A stretch of DNA of 64,000 nt, from sequence record SRR20825006_1584. One strand, given 5' to 3'. A program made the translations under genes and the position numbers. The notes beneath the pieces are model-generated. The model worked only from the letters and a program-made list of their open reading frames with translations. It searched no databases and was not told the DNA's origin. Shown piece after piece: positions 40,852 to 51,053 of this stretch. Numbering within the stretch: position 1 is the first letter of the stretch; every line of letters begins with the position of its first letter.

Positions 40852-40867
40852 TGTTTCACGTGAAACA
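40852..40867. promoter_or_regulatory. parS site (mnmE-mnmG intergenic)
   Basis: Perfect TGTTTCACGTGAAACA within a 22-bp palindrome at 40849-40870. Confidence 0.95.
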
Positions 40868-40900
40868 TCACTCAAGCGGCTCTCAACTATCGCCCCGCGC

Positions 40901-40935
40901 TTAACTTTGACTTAATCGGCAAAGTCTATTATACC
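40901..40935 (+). promoter_or_regulatory. CtrA box overlapping the -35 of the putative mnmG-rsmG-parAB promoter
   Basis: TTAA-CTTTGAC-TTAA at 40901-40915; TTGACT (40907)-17-TATACC. Confidence 0.6.
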
Positions 40936-41011
40936 CTGCGGCGTTAAGGGGCCTCGTTTGAGGGCCTCTTTTTGCTTTCTGGAATGTTGGGTATTGAATA
41001 GGTTTTTCGCC

Positions 41012-42886
41012 ATGGCAGATTTTGATGTCATCGTAATTGGGGGTGGTCACGCGGGCTGTGAAGCGGCTGCCGCGGCTGCGCGCATGGGCGCGAACACACT
41101 TCTTATTACGCACAAGGTTGAAACCATTGGCGAGATGTCCTGCAACCCGGCGATTGGCGGTTTGGGCAAGGGTCATCTGGTACGTGAGATTGATGCGCTT
41201 GACGGCATCATGGGCCGGGTGGCGGATGCCAGCGGTATTCAGTTCCGCCTCTTGAACCAGCGCAAGGGACCAGCCGTTCAGGGCCCGCGTTGTCAAAGTG
41301 ACCGCAAGCTATACCGTGAGGCCATGCAGGCCACGCTGATGAATTACGCAAACCTCACCATTGAAGCTGGTGCAGTTGAGGACCTGATCGTTGACCGCGC
41401 TGGCGACAAGCCGGTGATTGAGGGTGTTATAACGGCTGACGGCAAAAAGATCACTGCCACTGCTGTGATCCTCACCACCGGTACATTCCTGCGCGGGCTT
41501 ATCCATATTGGTGAAAAGAAGATCCCGGCGGGCAGGGCAGATGAAGCGCCTGCGCTTGGGCTATCCGACACGCTTGAAGAAATTGGTTTTGCGCTCGGTC
41601 GGCTCAAGACAGGCACACCCGCACGGCTTGACGGCAAAACCATTGACTGGTCAGTTTGTGAAGAACAGCCGGGCGATACACCGCCGGTGCCGTTCTCCTT
41701 CCTGACCGCTAAGATCACTGTGCCGCAGATCAGTTGTTATATGACGCGCACCAGCGCGCGCACCCATCAGGTGATCCAGGAAAACCTGCACCGGTCGCCG
41801 ATGTACTCTGGCCAGATCGACAGCAAGGGCCCGCGCTATTGCCCGTCGATTGAAGACAAGATCGTGCGCTTTGCTGACAAAACCAGCCACCAGATTTTCC
41901 TTGAGCCCGAAGGGCTGGATGATGACACGGTTTACCCGAACGGCATTTCCACCAGCCTGCCGGAAGAGGTCCAGGACGAGCTGATCCGCTCGATTCCGGG
42001 CCTCGAGAATGTGCGTATCATCCGCCACGGGTATGCCATCGAGTATGACTGTATAGATCCGCGCGAGTTGAAGGTGACCCTCGAGACGCGCCGCGCGCCG
42101 GGGCTGTATCTCGCGGGTCAGATCAACGGCACCACAGGGTATGAGGAAGCTGCCGCCCAAGGCCTGATGGCGGGGGTAAACGCCGCGCTCAGGGCAAAGG
42201 GTGAGGGCGAGACTTTTGTGCTCGACCGTGCAGACGCCTATATAGGTGTGATGTTAGACGATCTTGTGACCCAGGGCACCCGCGAGCCTTATCGCATGTT
42301 CACCAGCCGGGCGGAGTACCGCTTGCTGCTCCGTGCCGATAACGCCGACCAGCGCCTGACGGGCAAGGGTATTGCCGTTGGCCTTGTGGGCGACGAACGC
42401 GCTGACGCTTATTCACTCAAAAAGGCCGCGCTTGACGCAGGGCACGCGACACTCAAGTCGCTTTCCCTGACACCCAATGAAGCTGCCAAGGTTGGCATCC
42501 AGATCAATCAGGACGGTGTGCGCCGGGATGGGGAAGCATTGCTCGCTTTCTCCACCATCGATTTTGCGCGGCTCAAAGAAGTGTGGCCTGATACACTCGG
42601 CACAGTTGAGCCTACCATCGCACGCCAGCTTGAGATCGATGCCATGTATGCGGGTTATCTGGAGCGGCAGGCGCAGGACGTGGCAGCGTTCAGGAAAGAT
42701 GAAGCACTTGAGATTCCGGACGACCTCGATTTTGATACGGTCAACGGGCTCTCCAACGAGATGCGGCAGAAGTTCACTGAGGCGCGGCCCGCTACTCTTG
42801 GGGCGGCGGCGCGTATTGCTGGCGTAACGCCTGCAGCGCTCACCCTGCTTCTTGCCCATGTAAAAAAACGCCGCCGCGCGGCCTAG
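41012..42886 (+). CDS. mnmG: tRNA uridine 5-carboxymethylaminomethyl modification enzyme MnmG (GidA)
   Basis: [30 protein letters not shown] and [13 protein letters not shown]. Confidence 0.99.
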   Translation: MADFDVIVIGGGHAGCEAAAAAARMGANTLLITHKVETIGEMSCNPAIGGLGKGHLVREIDALDGIMGRVADASGIQFRLLNQRKGPAVQGPRCQSDRKLYREAMQATLMNYANLTIEAGAVEDLIVDRAGDKPVIEGVITADGKKITATAVILTTGTFLRGLIHIGEKKIPAGRADEAPALGLSDTLEEIGFALGRLKTGTPARLDGKTIDWSVCEEQPGDTPPVPFSFLTAKITVPQISCYMTRTSARTHQVIQENLHRSPMYSGQIDSKGPRYCPSIEDKIVRFADKTSHQIFLEPEGLDDDTVYPNGISTSLPEEVQDELIRSIPGLENVRIIRHGYAIEYDCIDPRELKVTLETRRAPGLYLAGQINGTTGYEEAAAQGLMAGVNAALRAKGEGETFVLDRADAYIGVMLDDLVTQGTREPYRMFTSRAEYRLLLRADNADQRLTGKGIAVGLVGDERADAYSLKKAALDAGHATLKSLSLTPNEAAKVGIQINQDGVRRDGEALLAFSTIDFARLKEVWPDTLGTVEPTIARQLEIDAMYAGYLERQAQDVAAFRKDEALEIPDDLDFDTVNGLSNEMRQKFTEARPATLGAAARIAGVTPAALTLLLAHVKKRRRAA

Positions 42887-42904
42887 TTCCCGGAACACTT
42901 CTAT

Positions 42905-43525
42905 ATGTACGGACCAGATGATCTTGCCCGCGATGTCGATGTTTCACGTGAAACATTGGAGCGGCTGAAGACCTATGCGGCCTTGCTCGCCAAATGGCAA
43001 AAAGCTAAAAATCTTGTGGCGAACTCGACGCTTGATGCCATGTGGCAACGGCATTTCCTCGATTCGGCCCAGATGGCGCCGCACCTTCGGGATGTGTTTG
43101 GCGAGCGCAAACTCAGCATGCTTGATATCGGCTCGGGTGCAGGTTTCCCCGGTCTTGTGCTCGCCGCCATGGAGATTGGGCACGCGCATATGGTGGAAGC
43201 CAACGGCCGCAAGTGTATTTTCATGAACCAGGTTTCACGTGAAACATCGGCTGCGGCCACCATTCATAATGAGCGAATCGAGGCGATTGAGCCGTTTCCT
43301 GTTGATGTTGTCACTTCCCGCGCGTGTGCACGTGTGCTTCAACTCGTGAATTGGGCGGCTCCGTTCCTTGGTGAGGGTGTAGAAATGTGGCTCCTCAAGG
43401 GGGAAGGGGCGGAAGAAGAATTGACCGAAGCGCAAGCTTGTTGGAAGATGGACATCAATCGGTATCAAAGCCTCTCAGACCCGGCAGGGGTCATCCTCAG
43501 GCTTTCAGCGATACAACGGTTGTAA
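42905..43525 (+). CDS. rsmG: 16S rRNA m7G527 methyltransferase (GidB)
   Basis: RHFLDS, DIGSGAGFPG, TSRA and LKG motifs. Confidence 0.97.
   Translation: MYGPDDLARDVDVSRETLERLKTYAALLAKWQKAKNLVANSTLDAMWQRHFLDSAQMAPHLRDVFGERKLSMLDIGSGAGFPGLVLAAMEIGHAHMVEANGRKCIFMNQVSRETSAAATIHNERIEAIEPFPVDVVTSRACARVLQLVNWAAPFLGEGVEMWLLKGEGAEEELTEAQACWKMDINRYQSLSDPAGVILRLSAIQRL
42940..42955. promoter_or_regulatory. parS site (inside rsmG)
   Basis: Perfect TGTTTCACGTGAAACA. Confidence 0.93.
43231..43246. promoter_or_regulatory. parS site (inside rsmG)
   Basis: GGTTTCACGTGAAACA, one mismatch. Confidence 0.88.
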
Positions 43526-43577
43526 CAGTTCAGATCATGGGTGCGCGGACGTGGGCCCACAAGGGGAGAGTGACCGC

Positions 43578-44393
43578 ATGTCGTTGGAAATGCAGTCAAA
43601 ATCGGGTACGGGGGCGCATATTATCGCAGTAGCCAACCAAAAGGGTGGCGTGGGTAAAACCACAACAACCATCAATTTGGCAACAGCAATGGCTGCGGTT
43701 AAGAAGCGCGTGCTGATTCTTGATTTGGACCCACAGGGTAACGCCAGCACTGGCTTTGGCATTGACCGCAGTGCGCGGGAGATCACGTCCTATGACGTGG
43801 TGCTTGGTGCAGCGCCGCTTGGGGACGCTATTGTGGTGACCGAAGTGCCGGGCCTCTCGATTGTGGCCTCAACCGTGGACTTGTCGGGCGCTGACCTTGA
43901 GTTGGCTGAGCTGCCGCACCGTAATTTCCGTCTGCGGTATGCGCTTGAGAAAGCCGTCGCGCGGCAGGAATATGATTATATCCTCATTGATTGCCCGCCA
44001 TCCTTGTCGCTCCTCACCATCAACGCGCTTGTTGCTGCCGATTCGGTGCTGGTGCCGCTGCAGTGTGAGTTTTTTGCGCTTGAGGGCTTGAGCTTGCTGC
44101 TCAAAACCATTGAGCAGGTGCGCGGCAGCCTGAACCCACACCTCACGATCAACGGTGTGGTGCTCACAATGTTCGACAAACGCAATAATCTCTCGGAGCA
44201 AGTGGCTGCTGATGTGCGCGATTATCTGGGTGACAAGGTGTACCGCACCGTCATTCCGCGCAATGTGCGGGTGTCGGAGGCGCCAAGCCACGGCAAACCG
44301 GTGCTTCTTTATGATCACCGCTGTGTTGGCAGCCAGGCCTATATAAAACTGGCGCGTGAGTTGCTCGGGCGTGACCGCAAAGTTTCTGCATAA
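43578..44393 (+). CDS. parA: Chromosome partitioning ATPase ParA
   Basis: NQKGGVGKTT, DLDPQGNAS, DCPPSL and EAPSHG. Confidence 0.98.
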   Translation: MSLEMQSKSGTGAHIIAVANQKGGVGKTTTTINLATAMAAVKKRVLILDLDPQGNASTGFGIDRSAREITSYDVVLGAAPLGDAIVVTEVPGLSIVASTVDLSGADLELAELPHRNFRLRYALEKAVARQEYDYILIDCPPSLSLLTINALVAADSVLVPLQCEFFALEGLSLLLKTIEQVRGSLNPHLTINGVVLTMFDKRNNLSEQVAADVRDYLGDKVYRTVIPRNVRVSEAPSHGKPVLLYDHRCVGSQAYIKLARELLGRDRKVSA

Positions 44394-44427
44394 TATTTAA
44401 TAAAAACAATAGGTTAGATTGTATATC

Positions 44428-45345
44428 ATGAGTAAAGCTGCACGTAAGGGACTGGGTAAAGGGCTGTCTGCTCTTTTGGGTGATGACCGGCCGGCGTTTG
44501 AGGATAGCGATGACGGCATTGCAACGCCTTCGAGCCCGCATTCGGGTCGTCGCCTGCTGCCGATCGAGTTTTTGGAAAGAAACATAGAGCAGCCGCGCCA
44601 TCATTTTGATGAAGACGCGCTCGCTGATCTCGCAACTTCCATCAAGCAGAAGGGGCTTTTGCAGCCAATTCTGGTGCGTGAGCTTGGGCCAAACCAGTAT
44701 CAGATCGTGGCGGGGGAACGCCGCTGGCGTGCCGCCCAAAAGGCGGGCATCCATGAAGTGCCGGTCGTCGTCAAGGAACTGACAGACGGCGAAGTGCTTG
44801 AGATCGCCATCATCGAGAATATTCAGCGTCAGGACCTGAGCGCCATCGAGGAAGCTATCGCTTATAAAAAGCTGATCGAGGAATTTGGTCATACACAGGA
44901 AGCAGTTGCGGAAGGTGTTGGCAAAAGCCGCAGCCACGTAACCAACCTGTTGCGCCTCCTTAGCCTGCCTGAAAAAGTGCAGGTGATGGTGGATGAGAGC
45001 AAAATCTCCATGGGTCATGCCCGTGCGCTTATTGGTGCTGAAGACCCGCTCGCGCTCGCAAAACGTATTGTAGATGAAGGACTTAGCGTTCGCCAGACAG
45101 AAGTGCTTGCAGGGGAAGCCAAGGGCCGTACCCGGCGTGAACCGCGCCCGGGTGGCAGTGGTGGTGCGTCATCTGCTGGTAAAAAAGACGCGGATACCGT
45201 CGCGCTTGAGAAAGACCTTTCCGCAGCAACCGGCATGAAGGTGTCTATCGATCATGAAGGCGAGGGCGGCAAGGTCACCATCGCTTACGCGACGCTTGAA
45301 GAGCTGGACGAGCTTTGCTCAAAACTGGGCGTTTGCGGCTTTTAG
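44428..45345 (+). CDS. parB: Chromosome partitioning protein ParB
   Basis: GLGKGLSALL, QPR, GERRWRAA, ENIQR and HTH GKSRSHVTNLLRL. Confidence 0.98.
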   Translation: MSKAARKGLGKGLSALLGDDRPAFEDSDDGIATPSSPHSGRRLLPIEFLERNIEQPRHHFDEDALADLATSIKQKGLLQPILVRELGPNQYQIVAGERRWRAAQKAGIHEVPVVVKELTDGEVLEIAIIENIQRQDLSAIEEAIAYKKLIEEFGHTQEAVAEGVGKSRSHVTNLLRLLSLPEKVQVMVDESKISMGHARALIGAEDPLALAKRIVDEGLSVRQTEVLAGEAKGRTRREPRPGGSGGASSAGKKDADTVALEKDLSAATGMKVSIDHEGEGGKVTIAYATLEELDELCSKLGVCGF

Positions 45346-45354
45346 CCCGCTTTC

Positions 45355-45456
45355 CTGTCATGCCCGCGTTCGCGGGCATCCAGCATTCTCCGTTCTGTGG
45401 CTCTGCTCCGATATAGGCCGCTTGCTTGTGGACTCCCGCCTTCGCGGGCGTGATAG
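45355..45456. repeat. REP-like double-hairpin palindromic element
   Basis: GTCATGCCCGCG-TT-CGCGGGCATCCA ... TGGACTCCCGCCTTCGCGGGCGTGAT: two GC hairpins that are inverted relative to each other, between convergent parB and gshB. Confidence 0.75.
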
Positions 45457-45465
45457 CTGCCTACG

Positions 45466-46413
45466 TTAAAGCTTGGCCTCAATGGCATCCCAGATATCGG
45501 CTTCGAGTTTCACGCCGTCAAACCGGTTTACCGCCTGCAAGCCGGTGGGGGAGGTGACATTGATCTCCGTCAGCCAGTCGCCAATCACGTCAATGCCCAC
45601 AAATATCAGCCCGCGCGCCTTCAACTCAGGCTTCAGCCGGTCGCAAATTTCCCTCTCACGCGCTGTCAGCGTTGAGCGTTCAGCCACACCGCCGACCACC
45701 ATGTTGGAGCGCACTTCGCCTTCGGCGGGCACACGGTTGATGGCGCCGGCCACCTCACCATCAATCAGGATGATGCGTTTGTCACCATGTCTGACCTCAG
45801 GCAGGAACTTCTGCACCATCACAGGCTCGCGGCTGCCTTCAAAAAACAGCTCCAGCAAGCTTGAAAGGTTGCTGTCGTCACCCTTCAGGTGAAACACGCC
45901 CGCGCCACCGTTGCCGTAAAGCGGTTTGACGATGATCTCACCATATTTGGCGCGGAAATCCTTCACGTCGCCTGCATGCCGGGTGATCAGGGTTGGCGGC
46001 ATAAGGTCTTGAAATTTTGTAACAAAAAGCTTCTCTGGCGCGTTTCTCACCTCACCGGGGTCGTTGACCACAAGCGTGCGCGGGTGCACAAGCTCCAGCA
46101 GGTGGGTCGCGGTGATATAGGCCATGTCAAACGGTGGGTCCTGGCGCATCCACACCACGTCCATGTCCTCAAGGTCGATAACCTCCGCTTTGCCGTAGCT
46201 GAAATGAGCGCCCATTTCGCGCTTCACTGACATCGGGTGGGCGTGGGCAATCACCTTGCCCTCAACATAGCTCATGTCTTCCGGCACATAATGCCAAAGC
46301 TTGTGTCCTCTGGCTTGCGCTTCAAGGGCAAGAACAAATGTGCTGTCGCCCTGAATGTTGACCCCTTCCATCGGGTCCATTTGAAAAGCGACTTTAAGCC
46401 CTTGTTTCGACAT
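45466..46413 (-). CDS. gshB: Glutathione synthetase
   Basis: [20 protein letters not shown] and EINVTSPTG. Confidence 0.98.
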   Translation of the reverse strand: MSKQGLKVAFQMDPMEGVNIQGDSTFVLALEAQARGHKLWHYVPEDMSYVEGKVIAHAHPMSVKREMGAHFSYGKAEVIDLEDMDVVWMRQDPPFDMAYITATHLLELVHPRTLVVNDPGEVRNAPEKLFVTKFQDLMPPTLITRHAGDVKDFRAKYGEIIVKPLYGNGGAGVFHLKGDDSNLSSLLELFFEGSREPVMVQKFLPEVRHGDKRIILIDGEVAGAINRVPAEGEVRSNMVVGGVAERSTLTAREREICDRLKPELKARGLIFVGIDVIGDWLTEINVTSPTGLQAVNRFDGVKLEADIWDAIEAKL

Positions 46414-46442
46414 GAAAAAACCTCACTGTTAAACGATATTAT

Positions 46443-46814
46443 TTAAAGCATAGCTTGAAGATCAGCCTGCCAGGCGTCTTTGATATGGGTCGGCCAGCGC
46501 GGCCATGCAATGCTTATCACATCAAAGCGAAGTGATTGCTTCAATTTGCGGTGAGTTTGCATCCAGGAAAGTGCGGCACGTTCGATGCGTTTGCGCTGCC
46601 TTGGTGTGACAGCCTCGAGCGCCAAGGCATTGTTTTTGCGCTGTTTTACCTCAACGAAGATAATACGACCGGCCTTCTCAGCCACAATATCCAACTCGCC
46701 ATAACGGGTGCGGCACCGGCGCTCGAGAATGCGGTATCCCTTGAGGGATAACAGAACACAGGCAATCGTCTCAGCCCTGCGTCCGCGTTTCTCCGCCTCC
46801 TGCCGCTTTCCCAT
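46443..46814 (-). CDS. yraN: YraN family protein
   Basis: GRRAE, GELDIVA, FVEVK and RFDVI motifs. Confidence 0.95.
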   Translation of the reverse strand: MGKRQEAEKRGRRAETIACVLLSLKGYRILERRCRTRYGELDIVAEKAGRIIFVEVKQRKNNALALEAVTPRQRKRIERAALSWMQTHRKLKQSLRFDVISIAWPRWPTHIKDAWQADLQAML

Positions 46815-46818
46815 AGGC

Positions 46819-47685
46819 CTAGCCCTTGCCGGTTAGCTCAAGCGCGCGGCTATAGAGCTGCTTTTTGGGTATATCGGTCAGCTCCGCCACAAACGCGGCG
46901 GCTGATTTCACGCTCATATGTTTGAGCGCGGCGGTGAGCATGGTCTCTGCATCAATCTGCTGGCTGTCTGCCGGCGCGGTTTTTGAGGGCGGGCCGATCA
47001 CCACAACAATTTCGCCCTTTGGTGCCCCAGCTTCCGCATAATGAGCGGCGAGAGCGATTAAGTCGCCCCGAACAACTTCTTCAAATCGTTTGGTCAGCTC
47101 CCGGCATACGGCGGCTTCGCGGTCACCCAGCACCTCGGCCGCGTCGCGCAAACTCTCGGGCAGGCGTTTGGCGCTTTCATAATACACCAGGCTTGCGGGG
47201 ATTTGGCGTTCCACGTGAAACCATGTCTGCCGGGCTTTTGATTTGTTGGGCGGGAAACCGAGGAAGAGGAAACGGTCTGTGGGTAGCCCCGCGAGCGATA
47301 GTGCCATGATGGCCGCACAGGGGCCGGGTATGGCGGTGACATAATGGCCGTCGTCCTGCGCTTCCGCCACCAGCTTGAAACCTGGGTCCGAGATCAGCGG
47401 TGTGCCCGCGTCTGATACTAGTGCCACCTTCTTGCCTTCCGCCAACATGGCCAGAAGTTTGGGCCGCTGGACCGCACCATTATGTTCATGATAGGCCAAA
47501 AGCGGTTTTTTGATCAGGTTGGCCGTCAACAGCTTTGCTGTCACGCGCGTATCTTCACAGGCGATGGCATCAACCTGACCAAGCACATGTTTTGCCCGCG
47601 CGCTGATGTCACCCAAATTGCCAATGGGCGTGGCCACCACGTAAAGCCCCGGTTTAAGGATCTGCTGAGACCCGAATTCGGCCAT
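46819..47685 (-). CDS. rsmI: 16S rRNA C1402 2'-O-methyltransferase
   Basis: VATPIGNLGDIS, CEDTR, SDAGTPLISDPG and RELTK. Confidence 0.97.
   Translation of the reverse strand: MAEFGSQQILKPGLYVVATPIGNLGDISARAKHVLGQVDAIACEDTRVTAKLLTANLIKKPLLAYHEHNGAVQRPKLLAMLAEGKKVALVSDAGTPLISDPGFKLVAEAQDDGHYVTAIPGPCAAIMALSLAGLPTDRFLFLGFPPNKSKARQTWFHVERQIPASLVYYESAKRLPESLRDAAEVLGDREAAVCRELTKRFEEVVRGDLIALAAHYAEAGAPKGEIVVVIGPPSKTAPADSQQIDAETMLTAALKHMSVKSAAAFVAELTDIPKKQLYSRALELTGKG
47207..47222. promoter_or_regulatory. Degenerate parS site (inside rsmI)
   Basis: CGTTCCACGTGAAACC; the GTTnCACGTGAAAC core is intact. Confidence 0.6.
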
Positions 47686-47849
47686 TTTTCTCTCCCATTA
47701 TGGTATCCGAGGCTGATCGACGTTAAAATTATCCGTGTCCCGTGTGGGCGCAGATTTACAGCCGATTGATTTCAGACTAGGTTCGGCGCTCAGACCAGAT
47801 AGTGTGAGCCTTCGCCCCTGACCGATATGGGCATCAGATAACACCAAGG

Positions 47850-49226
47850 ATGGATATGGTTGCAAGCCGCTTCTTCAAACAGTGCAAAGCTTTATGGGCA
47901 ATAAGCCTGTTGATCTTTGTGGCTGCGTGTGGTGGCCAGACGCCAGCACCGCCGTCGCGCACCAGCCCCGTGCCCATGCGCCCCGCGCCGGAACGGGATA
48001 TCGCGGAAAGCACTGAAACCCCGTCGCCGGAAGAGCTGAAAGCAGCGGGTGAGGCCGACAAGATCAAGGTAGCGATCCTGTTGCCGCTGAGCGGTGCAGA
48101 AGGTATCACCGGAAACGCGCTGTTGCGCGCGGCCACCATGGCGCTTTTTGATGCTTATGACCCCCGGCTTGTGATGCTGCCGTTTGATACCAAAGCTGAC
48201 TATACGGAAAGTGAGCGTGTGGCGGAAATGGCCGTGGAAGCGGGCGCAGATATCGTGCTTGGGCCACTTCTTGGGCAGAATGTCACGGCGGCGGGCAATG
48301 TACTTGCGCGCGCAGGCATCCCTATGATTGGTTTTTCAAATGACCAGAGCGTGGCCGCACCCGGCCGCTATATCATTGGGTTCATGCCTGAAAGTGAAGT
48401 GCAGCGCGTGGTGGATTATGCGCTTGAGACCGGGCATTCGCGTTTTGCGGCCCTGCTGCCTGAAGGCAAATATGGTGACCGCGTGCGTATGGCGTTCGGG
48501 GAAGCGGTGAGCTTTGGTGGCGGGCGCCTGACCGCGCTTGAAAGTTACCCGCCAAACCCGGAAGCAGTGTTTGAGCCGGTAAAACGCCTTGGCAATTATG
48601 ATGAGCGGCGCAAGGCGCTCCGGGACGAGATACGTTTCCTGCGCAGCTTGAATGACGACATGACGGATGAGATCGCCAACCGGCTTGAAGCGGCAGAAGC
48701 GCTGGACCCTGTGCCGTTTGACGCGGTGATCGTGCCTGAGGGCGGCGAGCTTCTGCGCACCGTGGCACCGCTGTTGCCCTATTATGAGATCGACCCCAAT
48801 GTGGTGAAACTTCTGGGCACCGGGCTTTGGAACGACGAAAGCATCCTTCGTGAACCGCCACTTCAGAACGCGTGGTTCGCGGCACCTACACCAGATGCCC
48901 CCATCGCGTTCCTCAACAGGTATCAGGAAACCTACGGCGAAGCCGCGCCGCGGCTGGCGTCCATCGCCTATGATGCCATGAGCCTTGTGGCAGCCCTTGC
49001 GCGTGACGAAACCGTGAAAAAGAAAAACCGTTTTTCTGAAGAGAACCTTACCGCGAGTTTCGGTTTTGTCGGGGTGGATGGGCTGTTCCGCCTGTTGCCT
49101 GACGGCACAAACGAGCGCGCACTCGCCATTGTGGAAGTGCACCGTAAGGGCCTGCAGGTGATCGACCCGGCCGCAACGGCTTTCCCGGCGTTTGGGTATT
49201 CGCTCAGGCGGTCAGCTTCCCAATAA
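47850..49226 (+). CDS. Penicillin-binding protein activator (LpoA-like periplasmic-binding-fold lipoprotein)
   Basis: Lipobox VAAC; VAILLPLSG, LGPL, AYDA and GFVGVDGLFR; divergent from rsmI. Confidence 0.85.
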   Translation: MDMVASRFFKQCKALWAISLLIFVAACGGQTPAPPSRTSPVPMRPAPERDIAESTETPSPEELKAAGEADKIKVAILLPLSGAEGITGNALLRAATMALFDAYDPRLVMLPFDTKADYTESERVAEMAVEAGADIVLGPLLGQNVTAAGNVLARAGIPMIGFSNDQSVAAPGRYIIGFMPESEVQRVVDYALETGHSRFAALLPEGKYGDRVRMAFGEAVSFGGGRLTALESYPPNPEAVFEPVKRLGNYDERRKALRDEIRFLRSLNDDMTDEIANRLEAAEALDPVPFDAVIVPEGGELLRTVAPLLPYYEIDPNVVKLLGTGLWNDESILREPPLQNAWFAAPTPDAPIAFLNRYQETYGEAAPRLASIAYDAMSLVAALARDETVKKKNRFSEENLTASFGFVGVDGLFRLLPDGTNERALAIVEVHRKGLQVIDPAATAFPAFGYSLRRSASQ

Positions 49227-49260
49227 TAACATTGGGGAGCGACCGAGGCCGCGCCACACC

Positions 49261-50910
49261 CTAGTCTGTTACCCTGATCACGGCATGGGGCCCAGCGGTT
49301 GTTTCGCTATAGAGCGTTTTGCCGCTGACATGGTCGAAAACCTCCAGCGTCATCTTGCGGCCATTGCCGCCTCCGGTCTGCGCCGCGACTTCAAAGTCTT
49401 TCATGAGGAAAACTTCAAGGGTAGAGCGGCCTGTCAGGTCATGAGCGGTATAATGGTTGCTCTCCGCACCGCTGCGAATGCTGATGCCGCCGTCGTTGCC
49501 GAGACAGATATAAACCTGCCCAAGGTTACAACTGAAGCGCGCCCGATAAGGGTGATTTTCCGCGATACGTTTGCGTTCGGCGAGGTCTGCGGCTTCTGCC
49601 TGCTGCGCACGTTCCTGTTGTTCCTTGTCGTATGCCTGTCGCCAGGCCGCCGCTTGTGTTGGTGACATATCAAACTGCAGCGGCTCGGTTTCAAGCACAT
49701 GAATTTCGGACTCCGTCGGGGTTTCATCGTCCTGATTGACAAGAACAAACCGGTTCAGGCTCAAGGTACTTTCGGTGGCTGTAAAACCAGCAAGAAGAGT
49801 GGCCGCTTCAAGGTTTCCTTTTGTCTCACGCGCAATATCAAGCGGCACCTTAATATGACCCTCGCCCACAGGTACACCGTTACCGGTCTTGATATCGACT
49901 AAGAAGCGCTGGTTATCTGCGTCATACCGAATGTTATGGGCCTTGAACGCGCCGGTTGCCATGGCCACGCGGTCATCCAGGTCTGCCAGCAGCATGCGCT
50001 TTGTTTCATGGGCGCGCTCAGTTGCGTCTTCGTCATAGGCGGTTTTTAATGCCGTAACGCGCTCCTCATACCGCGCGGTGGTTTCAAACTCGCCCTTTTT
50101 CGGTGGCAGAAAGGTGTCCTCAACGGCGTCGTTCGCGCGTTTGATGTGCCAGTCGCTGATTGCCCACTTCATCAGGTCATTGAGCGTGGTGTCTGGCAGC
50201 ACTTCAAAGGTTGAACGCATGGTGTTTTGATCGATGATGAAACCCTGTTGCGCACCGGAGAGCAGGGCGGCCATGACCTTGTTCTGAAAAACAGACATGG
50301 CGGCGTCGCGTTCCGTCTTGGCGTGTGCGGCGGCCTTGGCAGCCAATGCCTTGTCTTCCTCTTGAACGCGGGCGTCAGCGGCGGCGCGTGCCTCCCGTCG
50401 TGCCGCAAGAAATGCCCTGTCTTTCCGTTTGGCCATGGCAACTTCACTGCGTGACATGCTATGGCGCGCAGTCTCGCGCTCAGCGGTTTGCACAGCATGG
50501 TCAATGGCTTCAGCAATCAGTTGGTGTCGCGCCGGTGTCAGCTTGTCAAACTCAACGGCCTCAAACATGCCAATGCGGCTGTAGATGGCGAATATGCCTG
50601 TACATAGCTCGTTTTGTGTATTGCCGGGGTAATAGTTGGGTATGGCACTGAGCTTCGCCGCCAGCTGTTTTGAGATTGCGTCAAACCAGTCTGCAATTTC
50701 GGGTGCGTTCTTGCTCCCGCATTTTCTGTTTTCCACACAGGCCGGTGGGAGAATAGCGTCGCGCTCATATCGCTCGATATCAATGGTGGCTGACTTGCAG
50801 GCTTCCGGCACCGGAAAGGCTGCGTGCGATGCGGTGGACACCAAGGCCAAACAAAGAGGGATGGCCGCGAAAACTTGTCTGAAACGCATGTTTTTAAACT
50901 CCGAACTCAT
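49261..50910 (-). CDS. Secreted hypothetical protein (549 aa)
   Basis: Signal peptide ending ASHA; Cys-containing terminal domains; coiled-coil segments; KKGEFETTARYEER motif. Confidence 0.75.
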   Translation of the reverse strand: MSSEFKNMRFRQVFAAIPLCLALVSTASHAAFPVPEACKSATIDIERYERDAILPPACVENRKCGSKNAPEIADWFDAISKQLAAKLSAIPNYYPGNTQNELCTGIFAIYSRIGMFEAVEFDKLTPARHQLIAEAIDHAVQTAERETARHSMSRSEVAMAKRKDRAFLAARREARAAADARVQEEDKALAAKAAAHAKTERDAAMSVFQNKVMAALLSGAQQGFIIDQNTMRSTFEVLPDTTLNDLMKWAISDWHIKRANDAVEDTFLPPKKGEFETTARYEERVTALKTAYDEDATERAHETKRMLLADLDDRVAMATGAFKAHNIRYDADNQRFLVDIKTGNGVPVGEGHIKVPLDIARETKGNLEAATLLAGFTATESTLSLNRFVLVNQDDETPTESEIHVLETEPLQFDMSPTQAAAWRQAYDKEQQERAQQAEAADLAERKRIAENHPYRARFSCNLGQVYICLGNDGGISIRSGAESNHYTAHDLTGRSTLEVFLMKDFEVAAQTGGGNGRKMTLEVFDHVSGKTLYSETTAGPHAVIRVTD

Positions 50911-51053
50911 GATACGACAAACAAAAGTTATAGGTCTGTATCATGTTCCGGCAATGCCTTATTGGAAAAATTGCCCAATGCTCTCCAGCGCGCCCCGCAC
51001 CTGTGCCGGGTTTTCGAATGTTCGCCGAAATGCCTCGAGCCGTTCCGAACGGG

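Noticed and set aside
44404-44416. IHF-like site AAACAATAGGTTA between parA and parB
   Set aside because: One mismatch to a degenerate consensus in an AT-rich spacer; too weak on its own.
50943-51036. Imperfect direct repeat ATGTTC..AATGCCT and GTTC motifs upstream of the 549-aa orphan gene
   Set aside because: Spacing does not fit GTTC-N7-GTTC and the repeat is short and gapped; probably chance.
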